The notes under the pieces: generated by a model
The model's database searches: none
Told to the model about the DNA's origin: nothing
The model's input: only the letters and a program-made list of their open reading frames with translations
Translations under genes and position numbers: made by a program
Part shown: piece after piece, positions 1 through 13,225 of the stretch
How positions within the stretch are numbered: the stretch's first letter is position 1
Layout: each line of letters starts with the position of its first letter
Source of the DNA: Chiloscyllium plagiosum
Taxonomy: Eukaryota
Assembly (NCBI RefSeq): GCF_004010195.1
Contig: NC_057744.1
Span: 18,789,107 to 18,853,106 of the forward strand
Reading direction: 5' to 3'
DNA length: 64,000 nt

Positions 1-644
1 CCACCAATTGCCGTGGTGGGATTCGAATCTGATCTCCGCACCATGACCTGGTTCGCTGGATTAATAATCCAGATGGAAAAGTGCGAGGCCATCGCTTACC
101 CAGCATCTCCAAGCAGCTCCATTGTCGATAGTGGATGTTGCAGTTGACATGGCTGCGTTTGAAGCACAGCTGTTTGAAAGGCAAATAAATATTTTGGCAA
201 AAAACACCATCCTTCTTAATTTTGCATTTATTAGAGGTTTGAGGATCAGATGAGCGTTTAGCGAAAATGTCCTTCGTCATGAGTTATTAACAGATTTCAT
301 ATCTGACAACAAATAATCAGCACAGGGAATCGTGTGCAGTCCATCATTGCAAATTGTTTAAAGTGAAACAGTGAAGAAGTCTTTATGTAGTAGTCGAGTG
401 CTGTTCAAAAAGTACTTGGGGAACTGTGGACAGTTTGTCCGTCATTCATATGGAAAGGTCTCCATGCCACAGAGAGACAACATAAAGGAGTTTCACGAGA
501 TTAATCCCTGCGGTAATAAGACCATGAGGAGAGTGTGAAGGAAATAACCTTTATCGATAAAAAGAATAACAGGTGATTGCAATCAAACTTGAGGGTTAAA
601 ACCAACACAAGAATATCAAAACAAATGCCAACACAAGAATATCT

Positions 645-858
645 GTTCGGGGCACAGATAGGCGGTTTTGTGGGAACGAGGGAGACTCACGTTTGGTATG
701 TTGCCTCCCAGGTGCAAGGGTACGTGATGTCTCTGAGCTTCCAACCTAGCTCCCTGAAAGCCTGTCTAACATCCTCGGCACTCCTCCTACCTATGTCGTT
801 GGTGCCAATATGGACCACGACTTCGGGCTGCTCCCCCTCCCCCTCCAGGACCCGGAGG
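645..858. mobile_element. CR1-type LINE ORF1 (SGNH esterase) fragment, internally inverted
   Basis: Plus strand 645-736 reads RGTDRRFCGNEGDSRLVCCLPGARVRDVS. Minus strand 858-737 reads LRVLEGEGEQPEVVVHIGTNDIGRRSAEDVRQAFRELGWK. Confidence 0.8.
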
Positions 859-939
859 GTCCTTCGCGCTTTTAAAGGGGGAAAAAACCTACCCAGGTAA
901 GCTTACACTAACTGGTTCCGGGTCTCGGCTGCCCCTCTG

Positions 940-1676
940 GAAATGACCGACGGCTTCGAAGGGTGGGTATAAATACTCACCGCTTTCCTTCCCGGCTGCC
1001 CCTCTGGTCGTTGTCACTTCCCCCTGGTGCTCCCGCTCTTTCTGTGAAGAGAGAGTGAAAGAGAAAAACAAACACCGCTGCCCGCTACCGGTAAGCACTT
1101 TTAAAACCAAACAGTCTTGCCTTCGCTGCTGCTCGCACTGGAAATGACTGACGGCTTCGAAGGGTGAGTATAAATACTCACCGCTTTCCTTCCCGGCTGC
1201 CCCTCTGGTCGTTGTCACTTCCCCCTGGTGCTCCCGCTCTTTCTGTGAAGAGAGAGTGAAAGAGAAAAAAAAAACACTGCTGCCCGCTACCGGTAAGCAC
1301 TTTTAAAACCAAACGGTCTTACCTTCGCTGCTGCTCGCACTGGAAATGACTGACGGCTTCGAAGGGTGAGTATAAATACTCACCGCTTTCCTTCCCGGCT
1401 GCCCCTCTGGTCGTTGTCACTTCCCCCTGGTGCTCCCGCTCTTTCTGTGAAGAGAGAGTGAAAGAAAAAAAAAACACCGCTGTCCGCTACCGGTAAGCAC
1501 TTTTAAAACCAAACGGTCTTACCTTCGCTGCTGCTCGCACTGGAGATGACCGGCGGCTTCGAAGGGTGAGTATAAATACTCACCGCTTTCCTTCCCGGCT
1601 GCCCCTCTGGTCGTCGTCACTTCCCCCTGGTGCTCCCGCTCTTTCTGTGAAGAGAGAGTGAAAGAGAAAAAAAAAC
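940..1676. repeat. ~201-bp tandem repeat, ~3.7 near-identical copies (probably LINE 5'-UTR monomers)
   Basis: Units start at 940, 1141, 1343 and 1543. CpG-rich and adjacent to the CR1 ORF1 fragment. Confidence 0.9.
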
Positions 1677-1689
1677 TACAAGGATAGCT

Positions 1690-2516
1690 CCACCAGAATT
1701 GCTAACAGGGAGAAGACTCTGCACGAGGTTAAATCAGATCTTGCCAGATTTGGGGGTGGGGAGGGTGAAAGGGCATCAAGAATGCTAATGTTGGACACAA
1801 GACTCTGCTAAGCGAGAGAGACAATTTACTTCAGGGGATGAAGTTTGGCATACGTACCACAGAAATGGCCCAGCATAGATATAAGGCATGTTCAATGTGA
1901 GGTCAGGTCTTGTGACGTATGTTTGGGTAGGTGCAACTGTCCTGAACAGGTGGACCATATGAAATCTGCAAACTCACAAACGGTGTCGAAGCAAAACATG
2001 CCCGACTCCTTGACAGCCTTACCAATTGTTTCCAGAACCAATGGGTTCTCCCTTTCCATCAAGTGTTAAAGATACCCCGGAATCTGAGGTGGACACAGCA
2101 GATTTCACTACCTCACCACCTTTGCTGCCTGAAGAAGAGAATGAATGTCTTTCAACTCACTCTGGGCACAAGAGATTAGCTACTGAGCGTTACATGCCAC
2201 CCGTAGGAGAGGGAGAGTTGGAGATACTGGACCCAGTCCTAAAATACCTCAGGAGGAGCTACAAAAAAAAAGAACCAGCCCATATCCTCAGACTCACAGA
2301 GGGAGTAGTGTAGGGGTAATGAAAAAAGTAAAAGGAAGAAAAAAAAGAAAAAAAGATGAGAAAAAAAAACAAAAGAAGAACAGCAGTATCAGACATTCTT
2401 GAGAGCTGGCTCTGAGAGAGCTGAATCAGTTTTAAGGACTTTGAAATAAAGTCTAAATAATATGTAAATAAAGGGTGACTTGGTGATGGGAGACTGGCCT
2501 CTGTGGAGTTATTTCA
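1690..2516 (+). mobile_element. Degenerate Gypsy-type LTR retrotransposon remnant (integrase fragments plus LTR end)
   Basis: WPSID...VRSCDVC zinc-knuckle-like and QVDHMKSA segments. The LTR-like end ...ggtgacttggtgatgggagactggcctctgtggagttatttca is shared with 9809-10161. Confidence 0.5.
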
Positions 2517-2530
2517 GTAACCTAATTAAG

Positions 2531-2925
2531 GAGGCTGATGGGTAACCTTATAGAGGTTTATAAAATCATGAGGGGCATAGATAGGCTAAACAGCCAAGGT
2601 CTTTTCCCTGGGGTTGGGGAGTCCAAAGCTAGAGGGCACAGGTTTAAGGTGAGAGGGGAAAAATTTAAAAGGGACCTAAGGAGCAACATTTTCACACAAA
2701 AGATGGTGTGTATATAGAATAAGCTGCCTCAGGAATGGTTGAGGCTGGTACAATTACAACATTTAAGAGGCATCTGGATTGGTACATGAATAGGGAGCGT
2801 TTAGAGGGATATGGGCCAAATGCTGGCAAATGAGACTAAATCTATTTAGGCTATCTGGTCGGCATGGATGAATTGGACCAGAGGGTCTGTTCCCGTGCTG
2901 TACATCTCTATGATTCTATAACTCT
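2531..2925 (+). mobile_element. CR1-type LINE 3' fragment
   Basis: LIEVYKIMRGIDR-like RT tail and 3' UTR ending in ctctatgattctataactcta. Confidence 0.85.
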
Positions 2926-3579
2926 AAATCCTGGCTGATGTGATGCCTTGGGGGGCCACTGAATTTTCTCCATGGTCTCAATCTCAATGAAACCCAGTAT
3001 CAATGCATATAAACCATTCAAAAGTGTAAAAATAATTGTAATAACAATTCAGTTAAAACAAGGAGAAACTTAACAAGAAGCCATAATGAGGGGCTTAGAA
3101 TAAGTGGGGGGAGGGGTGTTAACTAACTCTCCCCTTTCAATCCACCTCTAGCAGGCAGGTTTCTTTTATCCTCAAGGAATACACAAAGACAATGGTTAAA
3201 AACACATTTTCAATTCTACAGGAGTGGACTTAAGGGATTGAAAGTTTTTATGTGAACCAGCCTATAACTGAAAGTCAGCGTGTTGTGAAGGTCACATTTG
3301 AGAAACTATCCCTTAGTTACCTCTCAATAGTCGGTAAAGATCCTCTCTGACTCTATGACTCTGTATGCTGAAAACTAGTTTGCAAAATCAACAAAACAAA
3401 TCTCAATATTTGACATCTAACTCTCAATGTCATCATTATTAGTAATCTCCACTGCAACAGGATCAAATAATCATCCAGTGCCTTCTTGAGTGCCTCAATT
3501 CAACTCGCCTCCATTTCCAGACAGTGCATTCGATATCCTAGCTATTTGCTGTGGTTTTGTTTCTCACACCACTCTTGCT

Positions 3580-4120
3580 TCAGTTGCACATCACTTTAAA
3601 TCTCTGCCTTCTCTTTCTTTTTCTTACATTTATGCACAGGAACTGCTCCATATTTACTATATCCAACCTGCTCAGGATTTTTAAAATCTCCATCAAATCA
3701 CCTCTCAACCTTCTTCTCTCCAAGGAGAATGGTCCCAACTTCTTCACTCTATCCTGATCACTGAAACGTCTCATTCCTTGAATTATTCTTGTAAATAATT
3801 TCTATGCTGTCTCCAATGCAGTCATACCTTTCTTATAATGTGGCACCTATAACCGTACACAAGATTCCAGCTGAGTCTAACACATGACTTGTACAAGTTC
3901 AGCAACACCACCCCCCCCCCCCCCCCCACCCCCCCATTACTCATATTCTCTATGTTCCTATTAATAAAGCCAAAAATACTGTCTACTTTATTAACTGCTC
4001 TCTTCACTGTCCTGCCTCATTCAATGATGTGCACATATACATCCAAGTCCCTCTGCTCCTGTAGCCCCTGTAGAATTGTACCCCCTATTTTATATTGTCT
4101 TTTGGTGTTCTTCTAACCAA
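3580..4120 (-). mobile_element. Old CR1 LINE fragment
   Basis: LGPFSLERRRLRGDLMEILKIL on the minus strand. Confidence 0.75.
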
Positions 4121-4764
4121 TGTGATCCTTGTAGACTGCTTTAGCCCATGGGTGGAGACGGAGAATCAAGTGACTTACTTCACAGAACAGTAAACATTCT
4201 CAAAGACCTAGGGATCCTGCAAAGATATGTGGATGTGAAACTTCCATGAAGTTCCAAGACATTTTAAAGTTCTGTAAATAAAATGTTTGTTTTAACACTA
4301 GTTCATCTGAGTATTCCTCTGAGCTAATCCTTATCAATAAGGAATGCAGCAGCCAAACACAAAGATAATATAGGGTGGTGAGCAGGTATAATTTGCATGA
4401 TTTGTCTATTAACAACACCTGGCTAAATAACCATTTTTGATTATTGTTTACACCAATTGCTTACACTGGAGAGTCAAAAACTAAGGGTTACTTTCTAATG
4501 ATAAGCTTTTGACTAATTAAGGTGAAATGGGGAATTTATTTACACAAAGCTTTATGAATCTTTGGAATATACTATCTCCATCTTCACCCTACCCTCCCCC
4601 TTGCAGCAGAATAACTAAAGGAATGTCTAATGGGTGTGACTGATTGCCATACCTGGAAAGGCTATCTATGCAGCAATTACCTGGACATTAAAATTCCTCA
4701 TATGGGATGGATAGCTCACACTAATACCTTCAAATGTTTGCATGGGGATGAGACTTCTCAACAA

Positions 4765-7150
4765 CATAGACAATAGGGGGTCTAACATAGAAACAGGCCC
4801 TTCACCCACTATACCAGTGTCAACCATGATACCATTCTAAATTAATCCCTGCTACCTGCACATGGTCCATATCCCTCCATTCCTTGACTATTAGTGTGTC
4901 TGCCTGCATGCTTCTTGAGCTTTGCAAATTTCTACCACCTCCCCTGGCAGCGTGTTCAAGGGACCTATCACCTTTATATAAAACTCTTTTTTAAACGTTT
5001 CCCCTGTCACGTCAAACCTATGCACCATAACACTTACACCTTCGGTAAAAGATACTAAATATCCATCCTGATCTATGCCTCTCATAATTTTGTGTGTATC
5101 TATCAGTTCGCCACTCAGCTTTCAATGCTCTTGCAAAAACAATCCAGGTTTGTCCACCCTCGCCTGATAGTTAATACACACCAATACAGACAACATCCTG
5201 GTAAACCTCTTTTGCACTATCTTGAAATCATCCATATTCTTTCGATAGCATGGCAACCAGAACTGTGCACAGTAGTCCAAATGTAGCCTGACTAAAGTCT
5301 TATACAGCTGCAGCATGACTTGCCATCGTTAATGCTCAATACCCTGACTAATGAAAGCAAACATGCTGTACACTTTCTTTACCACCTTTATCCACTGTGT
5401 TGCCAATTTCAGGAAGCTATGGATTTGCATCCCAATATCTTTCTCTATATCGATGCTTCCAAGGATCCTGCCGTTAACTATATAAATTTCCTCTTGTATT
5501 TGACCTCCCAATATGCATCATCTCGCACTTGTCTGAATTAAACTCCATATTTATTTCTCCACCCAACTTGCCAACTGATCTATATTCTGCTGTGAGCTTT
5601 CTCACTATCCACAACTCCATCAATTTTCATACCATCTGCAAACTTACTAATATGACCACTTGCATTTTCATCCAAATCATTTGTGTATATTACAAGCATC
5701 AAAGGTTCCAGCATTGATCCTTACAGTACAACACTAGTCTTAGACCTCCAGTCAGAAAAATTCCCCTCCATAATGACCCTCTTCTATGACCAAGCCAATT
5801 TTGTATCCAACTTGCCCAGTCGCCATGGATCCCATGCAACTTAATCTTCTTGAGCAGCCTATCATGAGGGACCTTGTCAAATGCTTTAGTGCAACAGGGA
5901 CTGCCCTACCCTCATCAATCATCTTCAACACTTCCTCAAAAAACTCAATCAAGCTTTTGTACCTGACTTCTCTGACTATCCCTACTGGTCCAGTTTTTTC
6001 CATTCCTATCTCTAAAAAACTTCTCCAATAATTTCCCTACCACTAATATAAGGCTGTCTAGCCGATAATTTCCTTGATTATCCATGTTGCCGTTCTTAGA
6101 CAAATGATTACAATTGCCTATTCTCCAGACCTCTGGCATGTCATGTGTGGCTGAACAAAGATCTCTGTCAAGGCCCCAGCAATCTCCTCCATTGCCTCCT
6201 TCTGTATCCTGGGACAGATCCCATCGGGGACATATCTACATACCCCTACTTAATCTTATCATTATCCATATCCTTCTTCTTGTTGATTGCAAATGTGAAG
6301 TAGTCATTAAGCACTGTATCCACTTCCTGTCCCTCCACACATAAATTCCCTCCTTTGACCTTGAGTGGGCCTACCTTTTCCTTAGTCGCCAGTTTAGCAT
6401 TTTAATCTGAGGTCCAGTCTTATCCTTATCCATAACTATGTCAGTACTTACAGAATTATGACCATTGTTCCCAAAATGTTCCCTTTCAATCACTTGGCCA
6501 GGCTCATTCCCCAATACAATGTCTAGTATAGCCCCTTCCTCTATCTCCCAGTGGCTATTGAGAGGCCTACAGTATAATCCCATCATAGTGACTGCATAGT
6601 TCTTCTCCCTGAAGATTCCCCATATGTCCTTGCTGGACCTGCCCTCCAAAGTGTTTCTTTGAATATAGCTGTGACATACTCAAATAGTAATTCATTTCCC
6701 CATCTCTTATGCATCCCTCTCCATCTCACCTGAAAAATATAAACCCTGGAACATTGAGCTGCCAGTCCTGCCCTTCTCTCAAACAAGTTTCTGTAATGGT
6801 TACAACATCACAGTCCCATGTATTAATCCAGGCTGTAAGCTCATCTGCCTTATCTGCTATACTCTTCATATTAAAATAAATACATTCAGACTGCCGGTTC
6901 CACCATGTTCATTATCCTGTGCCTGCTGTTCTTTCTATTAGATCTACTTGACTTAAAGTAGACTTTCTCCTTAATCACACCACATGCTAACCTATGGCTG
7001 TTTCCACCTACCCTGCCACACTAGCTCAAAACCCTCCTAGGTGGCATTAGCAAGCCTCCTGAAAGATATTTGTTTTTATCCTCTTTAGATGCAACACGTC
7101 CTTCTTGTACAGGTCCCATGTCCTGGAAGAGATTCCAATGATCCAGATAT
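4765..7150 (-). mobile_element. Long decayed CR1 LINE (endonuclease plus RT fragments)
   Basis: Minus ORFs with LYKTLVRLHLDYCAQFW, LIEFFEEV, GNYRLDSL, GLYCRP and AILDIVLGNEPGQV; many stops. Confidence 0.85.
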
Positions 7151-7159
7151 GTTGCTTAA

Positions 7160-7640
7160 TGTGAGAGGGTGCAGCAATGATTTACAAGGACATTGCTGGG
7201 ATGCGAGGGTTTGATTATAGGGGGAGGCTGGAACTTTTTACCTTTCAGTGTTGGAGGCTGAGGGTTGGCCTTCTAGAGGTTCATAAAATGATGAAGGGCT
7301 TGGATAGGGTAAATAGCCAAGGTCTTTTTCCAAGGATGGGGGAGTCCAAAATTAGAAGGCATAGGTATAAGATGAGAGGGGCAGCATTTAAAACGGACCT
7401 AAAGGGCAATATTTTCACACAGAGGATAGTGCGTATATGGAACAAGCTGCCAGAGGAAGTGGTGGAGGCGAGTGCAATTGTAACATTTTAAAGGCATCTG
7501 GATAAGTATTTGAATAGGAAGGGTATAGATGGATATGGGCCAAATGCTAGCAAATGGGACTAAGCCAGATTGGGTTTTCCAGTCAACGTGAACAAGTTGG
7601 GCTGAAGAGTCTGTTTCTGTAATGTACAACTCTATGAGTC
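7160..7640 (+). mobile_element. CR1 LINE 3' fragment
   Basis: ORF 7177-7491 FTQRIVRIWNKLPEEVVEA followed by the 3' UTR. Confidence 0.85.
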
Positions 7641-9808
7641 CCTATCTGAAAACCTCCTTCTTACAGCAACATTTGAGCCACACAATTTTGAGATTGAGAT
7701 TCCGTGAAAGTTCTCTAGATTTATTCCTGGGATAAGACAGTTGTCCTGGGTTGTGAGGTTATGAAGAGTGGATCCATTGCATTTTGGAATTAGCACGGAT
7801 GAGAAGTGATTTCATTCAAACATCTAAGATTCGAAGGAAACTTGATAGTATCAATTTTATGTGATTTCTTACCTTGGACAGTCACTGTCTCAGGATAAGG
7901 TCTTGACCACTTGAGGCCAGATCAAGAATTTTTTTGTCTCAAGTTTTATGAATTTTGGAATGTGCTGTATCTCTCTCTCTCTCCCTCCTCCTATGCAGCA
8001 GCAGAGTATGTTTAGTCCTGACATGAATTTGCTCCAGAAATAGACAGATTTCTAGCTTCTAGAGAAATATGGAGTTTGGACAACATGACTGATCTCCAAG
8101 CTGTGTGCTTCACCATTCTGGCCATGCCAATTGAATTTACTCCACCATTACCTTATGTGCCATCAGCTGCCAATGAAGGGCCTCAGCTTTGGATTTCTCT
8201 GCTTGCCACCCTGTCTCTGACCAACCAGCTGAAATAGTGCAACACTCCATCTCAGGGCAAATAAGGTTGGTTAACAAATGTTTAAAGTCTGCCTTGTACT
8301 TTACACATCATATATTTGCCCATACCACTCCTCCCCCAGTTTGCTGCCTAGGCCTCTTCCAGACAGCTGTTCATCAGCATTGATGGGGGAGCTGGAGGAT
8401 AAATAGGAAATTCCTGAGAAGATAGCCCAGAGTGGGCTGGTTCAGGCAAACAGGAATGCTGACAAGTGATACAAATTTTCATGTCTCTCCATCACTAAAA
8501 GCTCTGCTCCTTATGAACATTTAGAAGGCTTTTAGGCTATTCAAAGAAAACTAATTTTCTAAGTTATGAAGGAAATGCTGATGTGTGGGATTAAACTGGA
8601 CTGATTCTATGTATAATTAGTGCAAGTTAGTCATCTTTCCCCTTCCCTAACCTGAATGATCTAGCTTAGACCAAGCTGCCATTTTCTCTATATTCCTTAT
8701 AAAGTCAAGTAGCTGGAAAGTGGTTCATCTTCTGAGTAAATTGACATGTCATTGAATAATCTTTAGAACTCTGGCATAATTAGGGGACTTTGAACTTCTC
8801 ATGAAACAGAATTTGGCAGGTGTTATTCCTCAAATTGAACGTAAACAACGAACGATGATAAAAAACAGTTCACATCATGAATTTTGGAGAATGACCGTGT
8901 GAGAAAATTCTCGAGCAGCTTTTCAGGATCCTCCCTTCCTGTTCAAACAAAGTATCTTTCTTAAATAGCTTTTCATACATGGACTGCCGCTTTAAATCTA
9001 AAGGGGTTGGGAATTGCCCAGAAACTTTCCACTCAGTCCACTTCGCTATCGGAGGTAAAATGGAGCTGGGCTTGACTGATGGAGATTGTTATGAGGAAAT
9101 ATATATGTTTATTTGGAAACATATTATGGTTCTCCACTTGGTAATCTGATGGAAAATGATTTTTTTACCTTTTGTTCTGAAGAATTTGCTAAAAGCCTTT
9201 TCCAGGGGTGAGTAAAGTCTTTGGTTTTGTTAACTGGATTGCTTTGCTCAATGTCGGTCTGAAGAGCAACACCCTAATTTGTGAGTAGCCGCCTGCAACT
9301 TTACAGAGCAATTACTTAGTTTATTGTCAGTACAATTTTTTTCCTAGTTATTTTAATCAGCGTGTTCAGACATATAACTGGGACGGATGGACTTGAACCC
9401 ATCCTCCAGGATTCAGAGGTAGGGGGCATAGGAACCCCAATGTGTGGGGCTAGACCCTAATGCTTCTGGCTCAGAGAGAGATATATATCATTGTGCCAGA
9501 AGAGTCCTCACAAAGTACACCTTTTGCATCAAGTGTCAAATGAAGGATCTCTAATAGCACAAAACTGTTGGAGACTGCAAACAGTTCCTGAATCTAAAGC
9601 ACAAGTTTTTAGCCAGATCAGTGGATGATCTGGAACTGATGTCTCTACTCCATTTGCATAGCGCCAGTTCTCCCACTTGCTCTAATCTGAGTTACTGAAT
9701 GAACAGTAAAGCAGCAGGATTGGGGCTAAATTAATGTAATAAGGTGAGAAAATGGGAATTAAAGGGGGAGTGGTGCAAGTGAAAGGGAGCTGATAATGTT
9801 AAAGGTGT

Positions 9809-10161
9809 TGTGATTGTAACAAGGTCAGATAGAATGTGAATTACCTAATCAGAGCTGTTAATCTGGTCTGATCAGAGAGCCCCGGCTGATATAAAAGGAT
9901 TGAGTGTCTCGGAAACTAGCACTCTGGTGCCTGACTCTGTATGAGGCAGTACTATAGTCAAGGACTATTCATGTGTAATTGAAGAGATAAAGGATGACTT
10001 GGTGTGGGATATAAATGAATTAATGTTATTTCTGCAAGTATAAAGCACTCTGGTGCCTGACTCTGTATGAGGCAGTACTATAGTCAAGGACTATTCATGT
10101 GTAATTGAAGAGATAAAGGATGACTTGGTAATGGGATACTGGCGTCTGTGAAGTTATTTCA
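9809..10161 (+). mobile_element. Solo LTR-like element with an internal 86-bp perfect duplication
   Basis: TG...CA ends. 9918-10003 is identical to 10044-10129. Related sequence at 2380-2516 and 60866-61930. Confidence 0.6.
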
Positions 10162-10591
10162 GAAGGTACTGGATTTAACTGAGGGATGGGGAAATGGATG
10201 ATGATGTAGGAGTGACGGGTCAAAAATAGAAGGAGGATTAGGCCATTCAGCCCTGTGACCCAGTGCAAATGTTCTGAATGGTGGACCAAGCAAGAGAAGT
10301 GAAGTCTTGGAGTGTTTGCCAAGAAGAGAGGAAAAGAACATTTGTGTGTGATGAGGAATATTCCCATATTAACAGAAAGACAGGATGCCAAAAGCTTCTG
10401 AAAGCAAGAGAATGATGAGTAAAAAATATACTTCCATGATAGTGACTGAGTAAGACTCCTGAACTGGAGCTCTTCCACTCCAATCATTTCTTTTCTTCAT
10501 TTCCTCTCTTTTTGTGTTTTTCTCTTTCTCTTTTTAGTTTCTTTCCTCGGAAGCTTTGGCGATATGCTGGGTGAAAGCCAGCATGGACCTT

Positions 10592-10790
10592 TGGCCCCAG
10601 TGCAGACTGGGAGTTCCAGCCCCAGGGCGGACTGGGAGTCCTGGTCCCAGTACAGATTTGGAGTTCAGGCTCCAATGTGGATTTGGAGCTCAGGCCACAG
10701 TGCAGACTCAGAGTTTAATCTTTAGTGTAGATTTAGAGTTCAGGCCCCAGCGCGGACTCGGATTCCAGACCCCAGCACTGATTTGAATTG
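10592..10790. repeat. Degenerate 25-bp tandem repeat, ~8 copies
   Basis: CAG/CAA/TAG-anchored units at 10598, 10623, 10648, 10673, 10698, 10723, 10748 and 10773. Confidence 0.75.
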
Positions 10791-12921
10791 CCAGCACTCC
10801 TGGCCTTGAGGTGAATCTCTGCGCAGTCTGTGTTGGAAGGACTGCTATTCTGAATTCTTATTTCTCTATTTTACTAATACATTGCTGGACCTTTTATTTC
10901 TTTATCTTTTGAATATTTTCCCTCAGAATTTGTACTTAAGAATCTGGACTAAGGTATTTGTGTATCTGAGATGTAAGGTGCGATTAGTAAAATTTTAACA
11001 ATATTCACTTGAGTATATAAGACAATAAAGGTAATTCTAATTCTAAAATAGGTTCCTCAGTCCAAGAGTGCAGGGCTTATGAAGACCCTAAAACATCCAA
11101 TAGCAAGCATGTGTCATTTCATAGGCTGAGCTCCTTCTGCTGCTAAACCAGGTAAGGACAAATGAAAGTTGCCCTTTCCCCATAGCTGAGGCAGGCATAG
11201 GGCCAAATGCACATTCCTTCCCAGGACTTTGTTACAATATGTCTTCACCCTGAATGAGACAAGCTGCACAATCATTCAATGTACATGGAGCCATCAGACT
11301 TCCAAAATATATGTAACAATGGGCCAAGTGGCCTCCTCCTTCAATGCTGTAACCATTCAGGGTGAGTCTGGGAGAGAAGTGTTAATTTGATCTAAGAGAG
11401 GGAGAGAGAGAGATGAGAGGAAAGTTCAGGTGAATATCAGCGTGCCCTGACTGAGAAAGAATTGAGGAAAGAGAAAGAGAAGTGTGGCAGAACATAAAAG
11501 GGCAATAATCCTGTGCTGTCCTTAGAGAGTGAGAGAGAGAGACAGCTGATGGTTTAATCTGAAGGTCATCACATCTCAGATTCCTGTTTACATTAACCAT
11601 GTTACTGGTTCCAGCCTCTCTCTTTTTCTTTTATCTTCTAATGGGGCATTGTTTAAATGTTTGGTTGCATTTCATTCACAGTCCTGAACTACAGCCTCCT
11701 TAGGGCATTTGCTCCTGGGTTTGGCAAGATGATCATGAACAGATCCAGGCAGTGGGGGATAGAGGGGAAAATAAAAATGGCTGCCTGCCTCTCACCTGTG
11801 GTTCTGTCCATGTGCAGGTGTCCTTTGAGAGAGAACACGCTGGTACTCTTCTGGCCTATGTGGCCAGTGGGGAGCATAAGGGCTAAGGTGCATTATCACC
11901 CCAACAACAAGATATTTTGATACAAATATAATTGTTTTATTCTCAATGCAGTGCCCCGTAGGAATTGTCGCCATTAATATTATCTTATTGTTCATTTTTC
12001 AAGAGTAGAAAGAAGGTTGAGTCATAGCAAGCAGCCATAACCACAAGCCCCCAGTGATTGCTAACCAGAAGATACAACGTGCTGTCAGAGCTGGTACCTG
12101 AAAATACAACACATTGCAGACCTTAACCACTTATTGTGTGAAATGTTGTTCCTTGTGTTACTCTTGCTTCTTTTACCAATTAGTTTAAACCGCCTCTTTT
12201 TCATTCTCCATCTCTTTCATGAATGGGAGCAGTTACTCACTATCAACTGCTCTCTACACCCTTCACCATTTCCAGCTCCAACCGAAGTTGGAAACATTCA
12301 GGTGAACTGGATTTCCTGATGTTGCAAAATAGTTGAGAAAGTTCAGTCCCCACTGTGCAGTAGTCTGACTGTGAAGGAAATATCACTGTCATCAAGAAAC
12401 AATGGGAATGGTGAGAAGAAATGGAAAGTGACCCTGATTCTCACATACCAACTCAAGCAGGCAAATGTTGATTCTCAGAAATATCCCACAGGTGTTCCAC
12501 CAATACTGCTTGTATTACACTTTGCGACTTTCTTTCCCAGTTAATGACTGGGTTTTGAACTATTCCAGGTCCAAGATTCCACACACTTCTTGAAATTGGA
12601 TGTGGTCCCTGTCTTCACTGCACTCTCTGTGCCACGGAGCATGTGGAGGAAATGGTTTTGTCTGATTATGCTTCCAACAATCGTCAGGAGATTGAGCAGT
12701 GGTTACAAAATGATCCAAAAGCTTTTGGCTGGAGCCCAATTGCAAAATTTGTGTGTGAACTGGAAGGCAACAGGTAATTAAGAACTAACCATGAGGTGCT
12801 CTGCTCTTTTCAATAGAAAAGTTTGCTTATTGATCCATTTACATTTTTCAGTGTGTTACTGAGACTTACAGAGCAAGAAAACTATGGGTCTGAATTACCT
12901 GACCTCCTCTGGTGTGATTTG

Positions 12922-13225
12922 ATTTGACTTATTAGTGTCACATACCAAGACACAGTTTTGTTTTGTGTGCTATCCAGACAAATCATATCTACGTGAATAC
13001 ATCAAGGTAAAAGAACAGAATGCAGAATATAACATTACAGCTGCAGAGAAGGTACACAGAAAGGTCAATCGAATATGTGTGAGATTCGTTCAGAAGTCCA
13101 ATAATTGCAGGGAAGAAGCTGTTCTTGAATTTGTTGGTATGTGCTTTCAAACAATTGTATCTTCTGCCCAATGGAAGAGGTTGGAAGAGAGTATGACCAA
13201 GATGGGCAGAGTCATTGATGACGTT
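12922..13225 (-). mobile_element. Rex1/Babar-like LINE 3' end
   Basis: HLGHTLFQPLPLGRRYNCLKAHTNKFKNSFFPAII followed by a (tcaaa)n-like tail. Confidence 0.7.

Noticed and set aside
235-552. Exon-like, mostly open frame (SENVLRHELL...EINPC)
   Set aside because: Contains stops, and I recognise no protein family.
889-1218. 109-aa internally repeated minus ORF
   Set aside because: Translation of the 201-bp tandem monomer.
11050-11151. AG...GT-bounded segment in intron 1 of the pseudogene
   Set aside because: NNMT-family structure is complete with three exons and this segment shows no homology; probably a chance cryptic exon.
12590-12781. 63-aa plus ORF in the track
   Set aside because: Alternative frame over NNMT-like exon 2.
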